Below, one piece after another: positions 32,021 to 43,692 of a stretch of DNA of 64,000 nt. A program made the position numbers and the translations under genes. Location of the stretch: the IMG/VR virus record IMGVR_UViG_3300028048_000078; one strand, written 5' to 3'. The DNA comes from an uncultured virus (IMG/VR IMGVR_UViG_3300028048_000078) (Duplodnaviria > Heunggongvirae > Uroviricota > Caudoviricetes). Positions within the stretch are counted from its first letter, which is position 1; every line of letters starts with the position of its first letter. Below the pieces are notes generated by a model, which saw only the letters and a program-made list of their open reading frames with translations, did no database searches and was not told the origin of the DNA.

Positions 32021-33145
32021 TTGAGTAAATTAGAAGATGCAATTAAAAAATTAAACAAAAATCATGGGCAGGACATTATTACTACTGATAAGGATGCAGT
32101 AGCTTTTGAAATTAAGGATAGAGTACCATTTCCTACAACTGCATTAACTTATTTGTTTGGTGGTAATATGCCTACAGAAACACTATGGGAGATTTCTGGC
32201 GGGTATAGTTCTGGAAAGAGTAGTATTTGTGAAGCTATTGCTGGTGAGTTTCAACGACATTATAAAGCTAAGTGGGAAAATAGAATTACAGAACTTGAAG
32301 CATTAGATAAACCAACAAAGACAGAAGCCACAGAACTTGCTACACTTAAAGAAGAAGGCTATAAGAGAGTATTGTGGCTTGATGCAGAGCAGTCTATGAA
32401 AGACATTAGTTGGGTAAAGAAAAATAAGCTTGACCCAGATGATATTGTTTATATTAGACCAGATGAACAGAGTGCAGAAGAACTTTTAGATGATGTTATT
32501 AAGCTTGTAGAAACAGGCGGTATTTGTTTAGTAGTTATTGACTCATTGGCAGCTCTTACATCAGCTAGTGCATTAAAGAAAGATTTGACTGAGAAAACAT
32601 ATTGTGGAATTTCTGGCCCACTTACTACGTTTACAAGTAAAATTTTGCCATTACTTACAGCAAAGGGTTGTACTTGTATTTGTATTAATCAAGAGCGAGA
32701 TGTACTTAATGCTATGTTCCCAACAACAAATACCCCAGGTGGTAGAGCATTTAAGTTTGGCTGTCATGTTAGACTTTCTTTCCGTAAGGGTAAAGGACTT
32801 GATGAAAAACTTAGTGAAATCCCTAATAATTCTGAGAGTTTTTATGGACAGTTAGCAGAAGTTAGTGTAATGAAGAATAAAGCTACTCCACCTAAAAATA
32901 GGTTAGCTAAATTTACTATTACTTATGATAATGGTGTATTTGGCGAGAACGATACAGTAAACCTTGCTATTGCACTTAATTTGATTAATCAGAGTGGTGC
33001 ATGGTTTAGCTATGTGGATGAAAATGGTGAAATCAGTAAGGATTTAAAGTGGCAAGGCAAACCAAATTTATTAAATTATGTATTAGAACACAAAGACTTC
33101 TATAATGAACTTAAACGTAGAGTAGAAAAACAGATTATTCAGTAA
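32021..33145 (+). CDS. recA: RecA recombinase
   Basis: GGYSSGKS, LDAE, VIDSLAAL, INQER, TPGGRAFKF, KNK, QSGAWF, KWQG. Confidence 0.95.
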   Translation: MSKLEDAIKKLNKNHGQDIITTDKDAVAFEIKDRVPFPTTALTYLFGGNMPTETLWEISGGYSSGKSSICEAIAGEFQRHYKAKWENRITELEALDKPTKTEATELATLKEEGYKRVLWLDAEQSMKDISWVKKNKLDPDDIVYIRPDEQSAEELLDDVIKLVETGGICLVVIDSLAALTSASALKKDLTEKTYCGISGPLTTFTSKILPLLTAKGCTCICINQERDVLNAMFPTTNTPGGRAFKFGCHVRLSFRKGKGLDEKLSEIPNNSESFYGQLAEVSVMKNKATPPKNRLAKFTITYDNGVFGENDTVNLAIALNLINQSGAWFSYVDENGEISKDLKWQGKPNLLNYVLEHKDFYNELKRRVEKQIIQ

Positions 33146-33977
33146 GTAGTTAGAGACTATCTTAGGATAGTCTCTTTTTTGTGTTGACAAACTCATATTG
33201 ATATTGTATAATAAACACATAAATTAGAAAAGGGGAGATTGATTATGTGTCTTAGACGTATTGATTACATTGATAAATTTGCTGATATGTGTGATAATAT
33301 ACAAAAAGAATATCCACGTATTAGTTTTAGTGCCTTTACTGAAAAGTACTGTAAAGAATTTGATGAAACAGAGATTGGAACATATGACGAACTAGCTGAT
33401 AAAAGGCACAAACTTATAGATAATCTTAAGCCTAAGTTTGGTTCATACAATCAAGAACGAGAGCGTAGGTTGAAAAATGCTAAAGTTTGGCTTAAGCGAA
33501 TAATGTTTGAGGATTCTGTTGACAAGTTCAGTAATGATACTATAGTGCAGAATAAAGTATGTGAATATCTATACAATAAAGCCAATGCTGAAAGTGAAAC
33601 TATAGCTGAGTGCTGGAACAACTTAGATAAGTACAATACAATAATTTCTGATATCTTAAAGTTATTGAAGGAGAGATAAAGATGTACGATAAATTAATTA
33701 GAGAAATAAAGTCCATAGATGATAAGCAAACAAGAAGCAAAAAGATTTGGGAGCTACTTAAGTTACATAAAGAAAATATGTTTGAGTGGGCTGTACATAC
33801 TCATGACCTTACAGAAAATGAGTGTGAATTTATTTATAGTCAAAGACCATGTTTAGATTGGGATAATCTTTATGATTTAGGTGATTGGTTTTCTGAGGCA
33901 GTAGATTTCTATATTCAATGTAAAGATTTTCTTGACAAAAGGGATTAAATCAAGTATAATGTCTAAGTGAAAGGAGA

Positions 33978-34250
33978 TTGATAGCATTGAATGAACATTA
34001 TCAGAAAGCATCCTATCAGCCAATTGAGTATTTACAGAGACTTCTTTCCCCACAGGAATTTCAAGCATTTTGTTTGGGGAATGAGATTAAGTACAAAATG
34101 AGGGCAGACTTTAAAGGGCAGAAGCAAGAGGACTTATATAAGGCAAAGGTTTACAACTATTGGAGATTTTTGTCTATTAAGGGAGTCATGGTTGTGCCTA
34201 CAGAACACCTACCTGCTGATGATTATGTTTATAAGTTTGCATTAAGCTGA
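33978..34250 (+). CDS. DUF3310-family protein
   Basis: HY...QPIE...FCLGN.IKY..RA..KG....DL.KA..Y. Confidence 0.8.
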   Translation: MIALNEHYQKASYQPIEYLQRLLSPQEFQAFCLGNEIKYKMRADFKGQKQEDLYKAKVYNYWRFLSIKGVMVVPTEHLPADDYVYKFALS

Positions 34251-34774
34251 AAGAGATAGCATTATATCAGTGAGGTGTTGAGCATTGGAGTTTGTAATCC
34301 GAAGTGACAAGGCAGAATTCAAAGTTTTCAATGGGCAAAAGGCAAAGATTTATAGAAGAAGAGAGGATGGTTTCATAGAGGTATATATACCTGCTATGGA
34401 CATTTTCATTCTTGTTTTGCCAGAGGAATTGGAGGAATTTTGATTGTTAATTCATTCAGCATCAGAGCTAAAGGCTATTTCTGAAAAAGCCATTAAAACC
34501 AAAGCTTATGAGAATGACATTTTAAAGTCTTGTGAAGTAACTACAGTAACAGCTAAACAATTAGCAGAACAGGGAGAGACAGAAGCTAAAGTCATTCTTG
34601 TAAACGAGGAAAAATGGATTAGTCGTAACTACCTTAATGATGTAGTCAAGGAACTTAAACATCGTGGCTACAAAAGAATTAGGTGGTCTGACGACACAGA
34701 GGTAGCAATTATTACTTGGATGTAAGGCACTATATCGCCATAGGGATAGGCATTGGCTTATCCCTAGAGGTGAT

Positions 34775-35138
34775 ATGGAAGGAGTGTATGTTATGAGAGT
34801 AGAAGTTATTATTGAAGAAACTGCTAGAACAAGTATATGGGTTAATGAAGCAGAGTCAACAGAAGATGCTATTAACAAAGTTAAAGATTTTTATAATACT
34901 GTGGGTGTAAACTTACCTAAAGTATATAGTAAAACACAGTTTAAAGTTTGGGGGATTGAAGATGATTTACACAATTAAGGTTAAAGAAACACTTGTAAGA
35001 GAAATTCAAATTGGTGCAAATAATCCCAGTGAGGCTCTTAATACAGTACAGAAGATGTATGACAAAGGCGAAATTATCTTAGACAGTAGTGACCACATTG
35101 GTACTTCTATTATGGTAGTTGACAACAATGTTGCGTGA
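34775..35138 (+). CDS. two tandem DpnD/PcfM-like small proteins (34775-34978 and 34956-35138)
   Basis: V.ET..R.I.V.A....EA...V...Y pattern in both; second ends YDKGEIILDSSD. Confidence 0.6.
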
Positions 35139-35415
35139 AGTTATTAATAAATATATGAACCAAATACTTGTTCATAGCTATTTATACTCAATCAATGAAG
35201 CCATAATTACTGATTATGATTGGGATTTGCGGGCAAAGAAACTTGTTAAACTTATTGAGGAAAATAAAGAGATTGCTAAAACACTTCCTTATTATGAGCA
35301 GTTTGTTGATTGGGGTGGAGATACTTCCATGAACTTTGTATATGACGATACAATCATTAGAAGGGCACAGATGGCATATTGGGCTAAAACAGGAAAGAGG
35401 TTGACAGTAGAATGA
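35128..35415 (+). CDS. stand-alone NAD-dependent DNA ligase subdomain Ia-like protein
   Basis: ILVHSYLY....IITDYDWD....LVKL resembles the LigA Ia YY...sD.eYD motif; no adenylation domain follows. Confidence 0.6.
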   Translation: MLREVINKYMNQILVHSYLYSINEAIITDYDWDLRAKKLVKLIEENKEIAKTLPYYEQFVDWGGDTSMNFVYDDTIIRRAQMAYWAKTGKRLTVE

Positions 35416-35632
35416 AAGAGTATTATACTATTACACCAAAAGGTAAGATTGTTAAACGAAAGTTTGACCTCAGTAATGAAGAGTGCCTATTTGATTTTAT
35501 GCTTGGTAAAATTTGTTATACAGAAGAACAATGCTTAAGGTATGAAAAGGATATGAAACACAGGATTCTTGAATGTATTGAGGAATGTGAAAATACACTA
35601 ATACTAATGGGTGAATTAGAGAGGGATGTATA

Positions 35633-35968
35633 ATGACAAAACCAACTAGGTATTATTCAACTAAACAAGAAGAGTATATAGCAAACTTACTTAATTGCAA
35701 ACGACAGTGTTCGTCTGGCAGCACACCCTTTGCTAAAGGTGATGTTATAGCCGATAATTGGCTTTTTGAGTGTAAAACAACAACAAAGCCTAAGACATCT
35801 TTTTCTATTAAGAAGGATTGGATAGACAAGAACTTTATTGAGAGAGTAGAAATGGGCAAACCATATTCAGCTATTGTATATCAGTATGAGGAAGATGGAA
35901 CAAACTACTTTGTATTAGATGAAACCACCTTTAAGAAGCTTTATGAGAGGTTTGAGGATAATGATTGA
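35633..35968 (+). CDS. PD-(D/E)XK nuclease, Hjc-like resolvase
   Basis: QE..IA, SGS..F.KGDV, FECKT, SFSIKK.W. Confidence 0.75.
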   Translation: MTKPTRYYSTKQEEYIANLLNCKRQCSSGSTPFAKGDVIADNWLFECKTTTKPKTSFSIKKDWIDKNFIERVEMGKPYSAIVYQYEEDGTNYFVLDETTFKKLYERFEDND

Positions 35969-36137
35969 GAATTGCCCATACTGCAATAGTACAAAAGAAG
36001 TTGAAAAAGTTTTATTAAAGGGCTTGACATGTTGGCAAGTTAGATGTTATAATTGTAACATCAAAGGCGAGATAGCCAAAGAAAAAGACATAGCCATACA
36101 GGCATGGAACGAAAGAGTAAGGAGATTGAAGAAATGA
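35961..36137 (+). CDS. Lar-like restriction alleviation zinc-finger protein
   Basis: CPYC...V.CYNC...AIQAWNER. Confidence 0.7.
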   Translation: MIENCPYCNSTKEVEKVLLKGLTCWQVRCYNCNIKGEIAKEKDIAIQAWNERVRRLKK

Positions 36138-37750
36138 TTAAGTACAATGTAAATGAAGAAAAGGGAACTGTAGTAGCTTATTTTGATGGCGGTAGGGGAT
36201 ACATCAAGGAGTGCATTTATGACCGTATGTGTAAACTTACAGAGTATGACTTCAACAGTCCTATTGATGATATTGTTGAGAGAGAATTTGTAGGACTTGA
36301 CTCTTCCTATTTTGTAGGTAAGTCTAAGGTGAATTTTGATGCAGGAGATAAGTTTGACCTTGAAATCGGTAAGATTATGGCACATGACAGACTTCTCAAT
36401 AAGTATCATAAGTTGGAGAAGCGAATTGCCGATAAGATTATTAAATTAGTTAAGCGAGAAGCTATGGAAAAGATTACAAGACTTGCGAGGGTTTAATTAT
36501 GGCTTATACATTAACACCTGCTGAGCAGGAAACAATTATTTCTTATGATAAAAGTAGTAAATTTGCTCATGTTTATACTGCTAATCCTACTGAGTGGAAG
36601 AAGCTTGATGCTTGTCCAGACATCTATAAGTGTGAGAAAGTAGAAAAGATAGACAAGAAGATTATTGGTAAAATGTATAAATGTGAGAAGCGTTATATTA
36701 CCCTCAGAAAGAAAGCGAGGGAGAAGAAAAATGCTTGATATTGATACTTGTATTGATAAGCTTAACACAATTAAATCTACTATTGGTAGTGGAGATGATT
36801 TATTTGACTCTACCATTAATTACTTGCGAAGTGTTGACCCTTATGCAAGCGATAATAGCGACTGTACTAATAAAGATATTTGTCCGTTTTATAGTGCAGT
36901 TAATCCTTATCGTAAGCCAAACCCTAAATGTAGAGCATTTAATGATAAGGACACTGAATACTATAAATTACTGATTGATATTGGTAGAGTTAAAGAAGGA
37001 ACAATTTTCTATTATGACCCTAAAGACGATATTCGTGGTAGCATTGGTGCTGGATGCTTAAAACTTGCTTGGACAATTGATGGTAATTGTCAGTGTGGTT
37101 TATGTGCAGATACTATTGTATTCCATGCAAGTATGAGAGAAGATACTAGCTTATTTAAGAGGGTATGGTAATGAAATACTTAGGCAACAATGAATACAGA
37201 TGTGAACATTGTGGTAATACACTTGTCATTATAACTAAAGAAAATGTTAAATATTGTCCTGTATGCGGAAAGGACAATGACTTACCCAAAAAGACATTTA
37301 GATTAGTTGGCAGTGTGTAAAAAATTTGGCAAGGGATATTGACATTCCTTGCCATTTTTATTATAATATATTACAGAGAGGTGAGACTATGAACAAGAGA
37401 AACAAAGCAATAAGGAAGTGTATTAATGAGAGAGAGATTTTATATCACTACTTAGATAAGCCCATTGAGTTTGAATGTGTTTATAGATGCTGTAAACAAG
37501 TTTTTGATGAAGGTTATGTAGGCAAGAGTATGTTATTTACAGATATCCAATTAAAACAACTAGGCGGTCATTATATACAGCATATTTGGATTCATACTGA
37601 TAATATAACTAATTTAAATGAACACTATTTAAAAACAGGTACTAGATTAAGATGTATTGGGACACCCTATGAATATATTCATCTTCTTAGGGGTAAACCA
37701 ATGAACTTTAAATATTCACTGAAAGATGTACAGATTGTTGAGGTGTTACA

Positions 37751-38722
37751 ATGAGTTTAGCTACAGATTACAGACCAACAGATTTTAATGAGGTTGTTGG
37801 ACAGACAATGATAATTAATACATTAGTAAAGGAATTTAAAAACAACAACATTAAACAAAGTTATTTATTTATGGGACAATCGGGCAGTGGTAAAACAACA
37901 TTAGCTAACATCATAGCTAATAAAGTTAATGGCCAGACATTAATGATTGATACTGCGGTAAACAATTCAGCAGAAGATGTTAGAGCTATTGTAGATAGTA
38001 TTCAAACAAAGCCATTAATTTATGACAAGGTTGTAGTTATCTTTGATGAAGTACATACACTTTCACCGAAGGGATTTGCTTCATTATTACTTACCTTAGA
38101 GAAGCCACCAGCTCATGTTATCTTTATTTTATGTACTACTGAGGGTGATAAAATCCCAGAAACTATTAAGAATAGATGTGAGTGCTTTACATTTACTAGA
38201 ATTGAAAACAAAGATATTAGTACTAGATTAGCTTATATCTGTAGGGACAAAGATATTACCTATGAAGATAAGGCACTTGAACTTATTTCTAACTTAGCTG
38301 ATGGCTCAATGAGACAAGCTATTGCTATTATTGAAAAACTTGACAACAATATTACTTATAGCAGAGTTTCCGATGAAATTAAATATGGTGGTTATGAAGT
38401 ATTATTTAACTTATTTTATTCTGTCTGCGACAAGGATACATTTGTTATTGTTAATAATACAAAAGGAATAAGTAATGTAGACAAATTCATTGATGAGTTT
38501 TTTACATTTATTTTAGATATAGTTATTTATGGCAAAACAAAGAACATAAATCTTACTAAAATACCAAAAACTGCTTTAGATATGTTAGAGGATTTACAGG
38601 CAAGTGACTTTGTTATTGCAGATAAACTTATGAATAAGATGTTTGAATTGCAGTATAATGGTAAAAATAGCCCAATAATTAGGGAACTGTTTTTGGCTAC
38701 ATTACTGGAGGCAACAAAATGA
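37751..38722 (+). CDS. dnaX: clamp loader ATPase (DnaX gamma/tau-like)
   Basis: YRP.DF.EVVGQ, YLFMGQSGSGKTT, IFDEVH.LS, LL.TLEKPP, TIKNRC, DGSMRQA. Confidence 0.92.
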   Translation: MSLATDYRPTDFNEVVGQTMIINTLVKEFKNNNIKQSYLFMGQSGSGKTTLANIIANKVNGQTLMIDTAVNNSAEDVRAIVDSIQTKPLIYDKVVVIFDEVHTLSPKGFASLLLTLEKPPAHVIFILCTTEGDKIPETIKNRCECFTFTRIENKDISTRLAYICRDKDITYEDKALELISNLADGSMRQAIAIIEKLDNNITYSRVSDEIKYGGYEVLFNLFYSVCDKDTFVIVNNTKGISNVDKFIDEFFTFILDIVIYGKTKNINLTKIPKTALDMLEDLQASDFVIADKLMNKMFELQYNGKNSPIIRELFLATLLEATK

Positions 38723-39246
38723 AAATCCTCTACAAAACAAACAACATAGACTTAGTTAGACAACAATTTTACAAACAAGACAAAGAATACTTTGAACTGT
38801 ACTTCAATAGGGATAATGTGAACAAAGTTATTGAGCTTATAGATGAACTTGACGATTTTGTTATTGTACTTATAGGTATTAATAAGTCTAATGTATCTGA
38901 TAGTTTACTCATAGCTTTAGAGAACTTAGATAAAGGTACATTCATAGGTACAACAGAGGATATCTTAAAACCTGCATTATTGTCAAGATTTGATACAATA
39001 AGAGAGCTTCAAAGTGCTGATTATTCTGAAATTATAAACAGTTTCTTTGAGAAACAGCACATTCAACAGCACTTTCGACAGGACATTCGGAGCATTTATT
39101 TCTTTAAAGCATTAGCAGAGCATACAACAAACAACGATAATATATGGCTTATTAATGATATTTGTACTGATATACTTAGATGTACAAACAATATCTTTTG
39201 GGATTACTACATAGACAAATTAGAGAGGAAGTGGTCTTGGTGCTAA
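38719..39246 (+). CDS. degenerate clamp-loader subunit (delta-prime-like)
   Basis: Overlaps dnaX; SLLIALE...FI.TT...ALLSRF, an AAA+ clamp-loader remnant without Walker A. Confidence 0.55.
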   Translation: MKILYKTNNIDLVRQQFYKQDKEYFELYFNRDNVNKVIELIDELDDFVIVLIGINKSNVSDSLLIALENLDKGTFIGTTEDILKPALLSRFDTIRELQSADYSEIINSFFEKQHIQQHFRQDIRSIYFFKALAEHTTNNDNIWLINDICTDILRCTNNIFWDYYIDKLERKWSWC

Positions 39247-39722
39247 CAGTAACAACAGAACTGAAAGACAAAGACCTAACCTATACAAAGGACATCATCT
39301 ATGAATTAGAACATAGTTTTGGTTTGTTTGGTGGTGGCAATAAATTCTATTTTATATATGAAGCAGATTATTTCAAAGAAAAAGAAACAGTAGATAAGCT
39401 TAAATTACTTACACAAGATATTGATGTCGTGTGTATTGTAGAGGATATTGATAAAAAGTGTTATTTTTATAAGACATTTTGTAAGTCCTTGAAGCTTAAG
39501 GAGAAACAAACACTTAAAGATAAAGTCAAAATGTTTTTAAAAGACTTTTCCTACATTAATAATATAGAAGAAAAAGAAATTGTTTCTTTCTTCTATGATT
39601 TATACTATAGAAAATGTAAGTATAGCTATATAGCTAGTGAGTGTATCAATATGGTACTTACAGGCAAGCTTAAGACTGTTAATGCATTACAGTTTTTTAT
39701 TATAACTACAGTAGGGAAATAA
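39240..39722 (+). CDS. hypothetical protein, possible delta-like clamp-loader subunit
   Basis: Third gene of the operon; contains FGLFGG, similar to the clamp-binding LF of delta; context-based. Confidence 0.4.
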   Translation: MLTVTTELKDKDLTYTKDIIYELEHSFGLFGGGNKFYFIYEADYFKEKETVDKLKLLTQDIDVVCIVEDIDKKCYFYKTFCKSLKLKEKQTLKDKVKMFLKDFSYINNIEEKEIVSFFYDLYYRKCKYSYIASECINMVLTGKLKTVNALQFFIITTVGK

Positions 39723-39763
39723 TTTTTGTTGACTTCATAGCAATTTTGTGTTAATATAATTAT

Positions 39764-39859
39764 AGATTCAATGTTATAGTAGTCTTAGCAATATGCCACC
39801 TATGGGGTAGGCAAAAGACTAGATAAGAGAAGGACTAAAAAACCTTCTCTTATTTTTTT
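39764..39859 (+). ncRNA. candidate stand-alone small RNA (~95 nt)
   Basis: Promoter TTGACT(39729)-17-TAATAT, nested hairpin, strong terminator; no ORF with RBS. Confidence 0.6.
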
Positions 39860-42800
39860 GTTGACAGTCATATAAGGTTATGATATAATACAAGTACATT
39901 AAAGATAAGGAGTGAAATATATGAAATGGTCTGTAGTAATTTCTTGGTTTGTGACTTGGGTTGTGTCTGGTTTAGTATTTGGGTATTTCTCTAATCAACT
40001 TATAGTTAGTCCATTTATAGTTGTACTTTTGTTAATGAGTAATATAATGATTATTTATTTAGCTTGTAAGGAGTGAGAAATATGAAGCCACCCAGTTATT
40101 ACATTAAGAAATATGAGGATTTTATTGTAGAGAATGTGGTGTATTAAGTATGGAGATAATTAAGATACTTATGAGTATATTAGTCGGACAAAAACTAGAA
40201 ATGCTTGAAGCAAAAAGATTGTTTGATATAATTACTGAACATAGTTGCCCACATTTTAGGCTATTTTCTCAATTAGAATTGGTGGCTATGTATATAAATA
40301 GTGGACGACTTAAATTCTTTAGTGGTAGAATACTTTGTAGTAAGGATAATTGGGCATACAATGTAGAAACCAATGAAGAACTTAAGGGTAAGGAGCTTAA
40401 CAAAGTTATTAATTTAGCATTTAATGAAGGAGCAGTGAGAGATTATGGCAATTAAAGTAGTTACTACACTTGATTTTGATGATTTGATTTATGAGTGTGA
40501 AGATAGTACAGGTTTTCTGTCTTGTGTGGTTGAGGATAATGGCTTAGATGATAAGCTTATGGCTTTATTAGAGAAACAGTTTGAAAATACTACACCAACA
40601 ATTAGAGATATTGAGGATTATCTTCATAGTAAAGAGGTTACTGATATGGTGCTTAATTCTTTGAAGGTTATTGACTTTGCAGACTTTGAAGATATTTTAG
40701 CTACAATGCATTTTCTTAATGTAGACTTGCCTGTTGACTTCTTGAAGGTTAATGGTGCAGAATTTATGGAAACTAACAGAGAAAAGACTTTGGCTGAGAT
40801 TGTTAGGGGGTAATACTATGTTTATTACAATGAAACACGATTTTGATTTTGCTGACCTTAAGGAAGTCCTTTGGGATAAAGCATATTATTTGGCTTGCTA
40901 TGCCGAAGATGTTGGTAAAGAGGATGAATTTATGGGATTAATTGATAATGAGTTTAGTGGTAGTGTGCCATCAGTCTATGAGGTTAATGAGTTTCTTTGT
41001 AAATTTGACAAAAATCCACTTATTTAGTATAATAAATTGGGGTGATTTAATGACTAAGGAACTTTTGGCTAAAGCAAATATTCTTAACAATAAGCTTATG
41101 TACCTTGATAGTCTTATTGAAGATGTAGAGCAGAATGATAGCCCTATTACTATTCAGACAGGCATGGTACATAATTTGCAGATTGATAATCCTAACCATA
41201 ATGATAGACTTGACCCGCTAGAAGAAAGAACTTTTGATTTGATACTTGAAGTTGTCAAGAATTATCGTAAGGAATTGCAAAATCAATTTGATTTACTCAC
41301 AGAGGAAGATTAATTCTTCCTCTTATTTTTTTCAAAATTTTTGTTGACAGATATTAAATCATCAGTTATAATATGGTTACAAAATCAATTAAGGAGTGAT
41401 TGAACATGAAGTTTACAGAGATTAAGGGATTTAATTTGACAGGCAATTACATTACTAGCAGTGACTACTTGAATAGTCATATTATTGAGGAATTTGATTG
41501 CTTGGGTATTCTTGATACCATACTTGCTTTGTATGTTGATGAAGCAATAGCAGATAAGCAGGATATGTTGGCAAACTTTGGTGATTTCAGTGATTTGTAT
41601 TCAGATGTAGCAGAGGAAGTTTGCAATAAGCTTACTATTACTGACATTTGGGGATTGTGTACTATCTACACTACTGATATGTTTATTAATTACTCAAATA
41701 CTTGCCTTACTGAGCATGTTGATGATATGCTAATTCAAATGACTAATAAGGCATTGTATGAACTTATTTGTTATAAGCCTGTTGCTGATTTCTTAAATAA
41801 GGAATTGGCTATGTATATCTACAAACATACACATGGTAATGTAGCACAGTTTCCGTATGCTACTATATCATCATACATTGAAACATCTACGTATACTGAT
41901 GATATTGTGCAGGAGTTAATTAACTATGTTGAAAAGGCAGAGTGATTATTATGTTCTATGAAAATACTATAAATCTTGTAATGCATGACCTTACCAAAAA
42001 TTATGATATATCTACTAATAGGCACTTATTTTATGAACTTTGTGAGCGAATTTGGTTTATCAAAGATGAATGGATGTTGCCATATAAGATTGAAACTATT
42101 GCTAGACTTATATCTAATAGTACATTGATTAATGTTGGTGACATAATCTTATATAATGATGGCATAGAAGAAATTTTTGGTATCTATACTAGTAATGGTA
42201 AAAGTGTACCACATGATGATTTGTATCTTATGGATTTGTTAAGGAATTGATATTATGGTTACTAATAGAGATAAACTTATAGAGCTATTAGAAGATATTG
42301 GCATTGATGATGTGTATAGTATTATGCAGTTTGTTTATACTAAGGATATCAATAATGTTATGGAAGATAAGTACATTCCACGAATTAAATGTGGAGATAA
42401 GGTAGTGTTTAATAGAGCCTATGCTTTGTTACCTAAACTTACTTTGGGTACTGTGTCAGAAGTGGTAGATAAATATACCCTTAGAATAAACATTGAGGGT
42501 AAGTTAATGACTATTCCTATAGAGTATGTTGACAAAATTATTTGATGTATAAATATACAAAAATAATGAATAATGGGAGTGATATACAATGAAATATGAA
42601 GAAGCAAAGGAACTTTTAGTAAAAGAATTTGATGGACAGACAATTAATTTCTTAGATTATTTGCATAATATAGGATTTATTGATGATATAGATGAACATG
42701 AATCAAGATTTACACATAATGGAATTAGAGTAGCTATGAGAAAAGAAAGTGATTATATCCTTTTTGGAATTGACCCCGCTAAGTGCTTTGATAAGCTTAC

Positions 42801-43020
42801 TAAAAGCAGTATTATCCTTAAGTTTCCTATGAGTAAGCGAGAGTATCATAGAGCATTTAAAGTTATCTTTGAAATTATGAATAAGAAGAGCGATTTACAT
42901 AAGCGGTGGATTAATGAAGCACCTTCTTCGTGGTATGGAGAATTTTATGGAAGAAACTTCTTGACATAACTAATTTGACTATGCTATAATGTAAACACAT
43001 TAGAGATAAGGAGTGATGTT

Positions 43021-43692
43021 GTGGATAGCTTATTTAATGCTTTAGGTTTTCATAGACCTAAAGGAGAATATATAACTAAGATTGAGTATGACACAGCTTG
43101 CATGTTTCTTATGCCTAGACATTATAGTGGGAGGATACCTAACATAAAACATGCATTTGGGTTATTTGAAGATGGTGTTTTACAAGCAGTATGTACATTT
43201 GGTATTCCTGCTAGTCCACCACTATGTAGGGGTATTGCAGGAGATAAGTGGAAAAAGAATGTCATAGAACTTAATCGTCTTTGCCGTAAAGATGAGTACG
43301 ATAAACCATTATCACACTTTGTTGCTTGGTGTTTGAAGCAGTTGAAACCTTTTAACTACATTGTTGTTAGCTATTCTGATACGGCTATGAACCACCACGG
43401 ATATGTGTATCAAGCTTGTAATTTTTATTACACAGGAATGACTAAGGCAAGAACTGATAAGTATGTTGAAGGTAATAAGCACTGTAGACATTACGATAAT
43501 GCTAAGCAAGGTAATAAAAGAAGGGTAAGAAGTGCTAAGTATCGCTATGTATATATTTGTGCAGATAAGCGAACTAAAAAGCAAATATTGAAGGATTTGA
43601 AGTACCCTATTCTTGACTATTATCCTAAAGGAGATAATAGTAACTATGTTTTAGGTGAATATCTTAAGGAACAAGTGATTGAGGTGAATTAG
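43021..43692 (+). CDS. Mom-like adenine modification (GNAT-like) protein
   Basis: HYSG, FGLF, IELNRL, VSYSD....H.GYVYQACNFYYTG, KYRY. Confidence 0.8.
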   Translation: MDSLFNALGFHRPKGEYITKIEYDTACMFLMPRHYSGRIPNIKHAFGLFEDGVLQAVCTFGIPASPPLCRGIAGDKWKKNVIELNRLCRKDEYDKPLSHFVAWCLKQLKPFNYIVVSYSDTAMNHHGYVYQACNFYYTGMTKARTDKYVEGNKHCRHYDNAKQGNKRRVRSAKYRYVYICADKRTKKQILKDLKYPILDYYPKGDNSNYVLGEYLKEQVIEVN

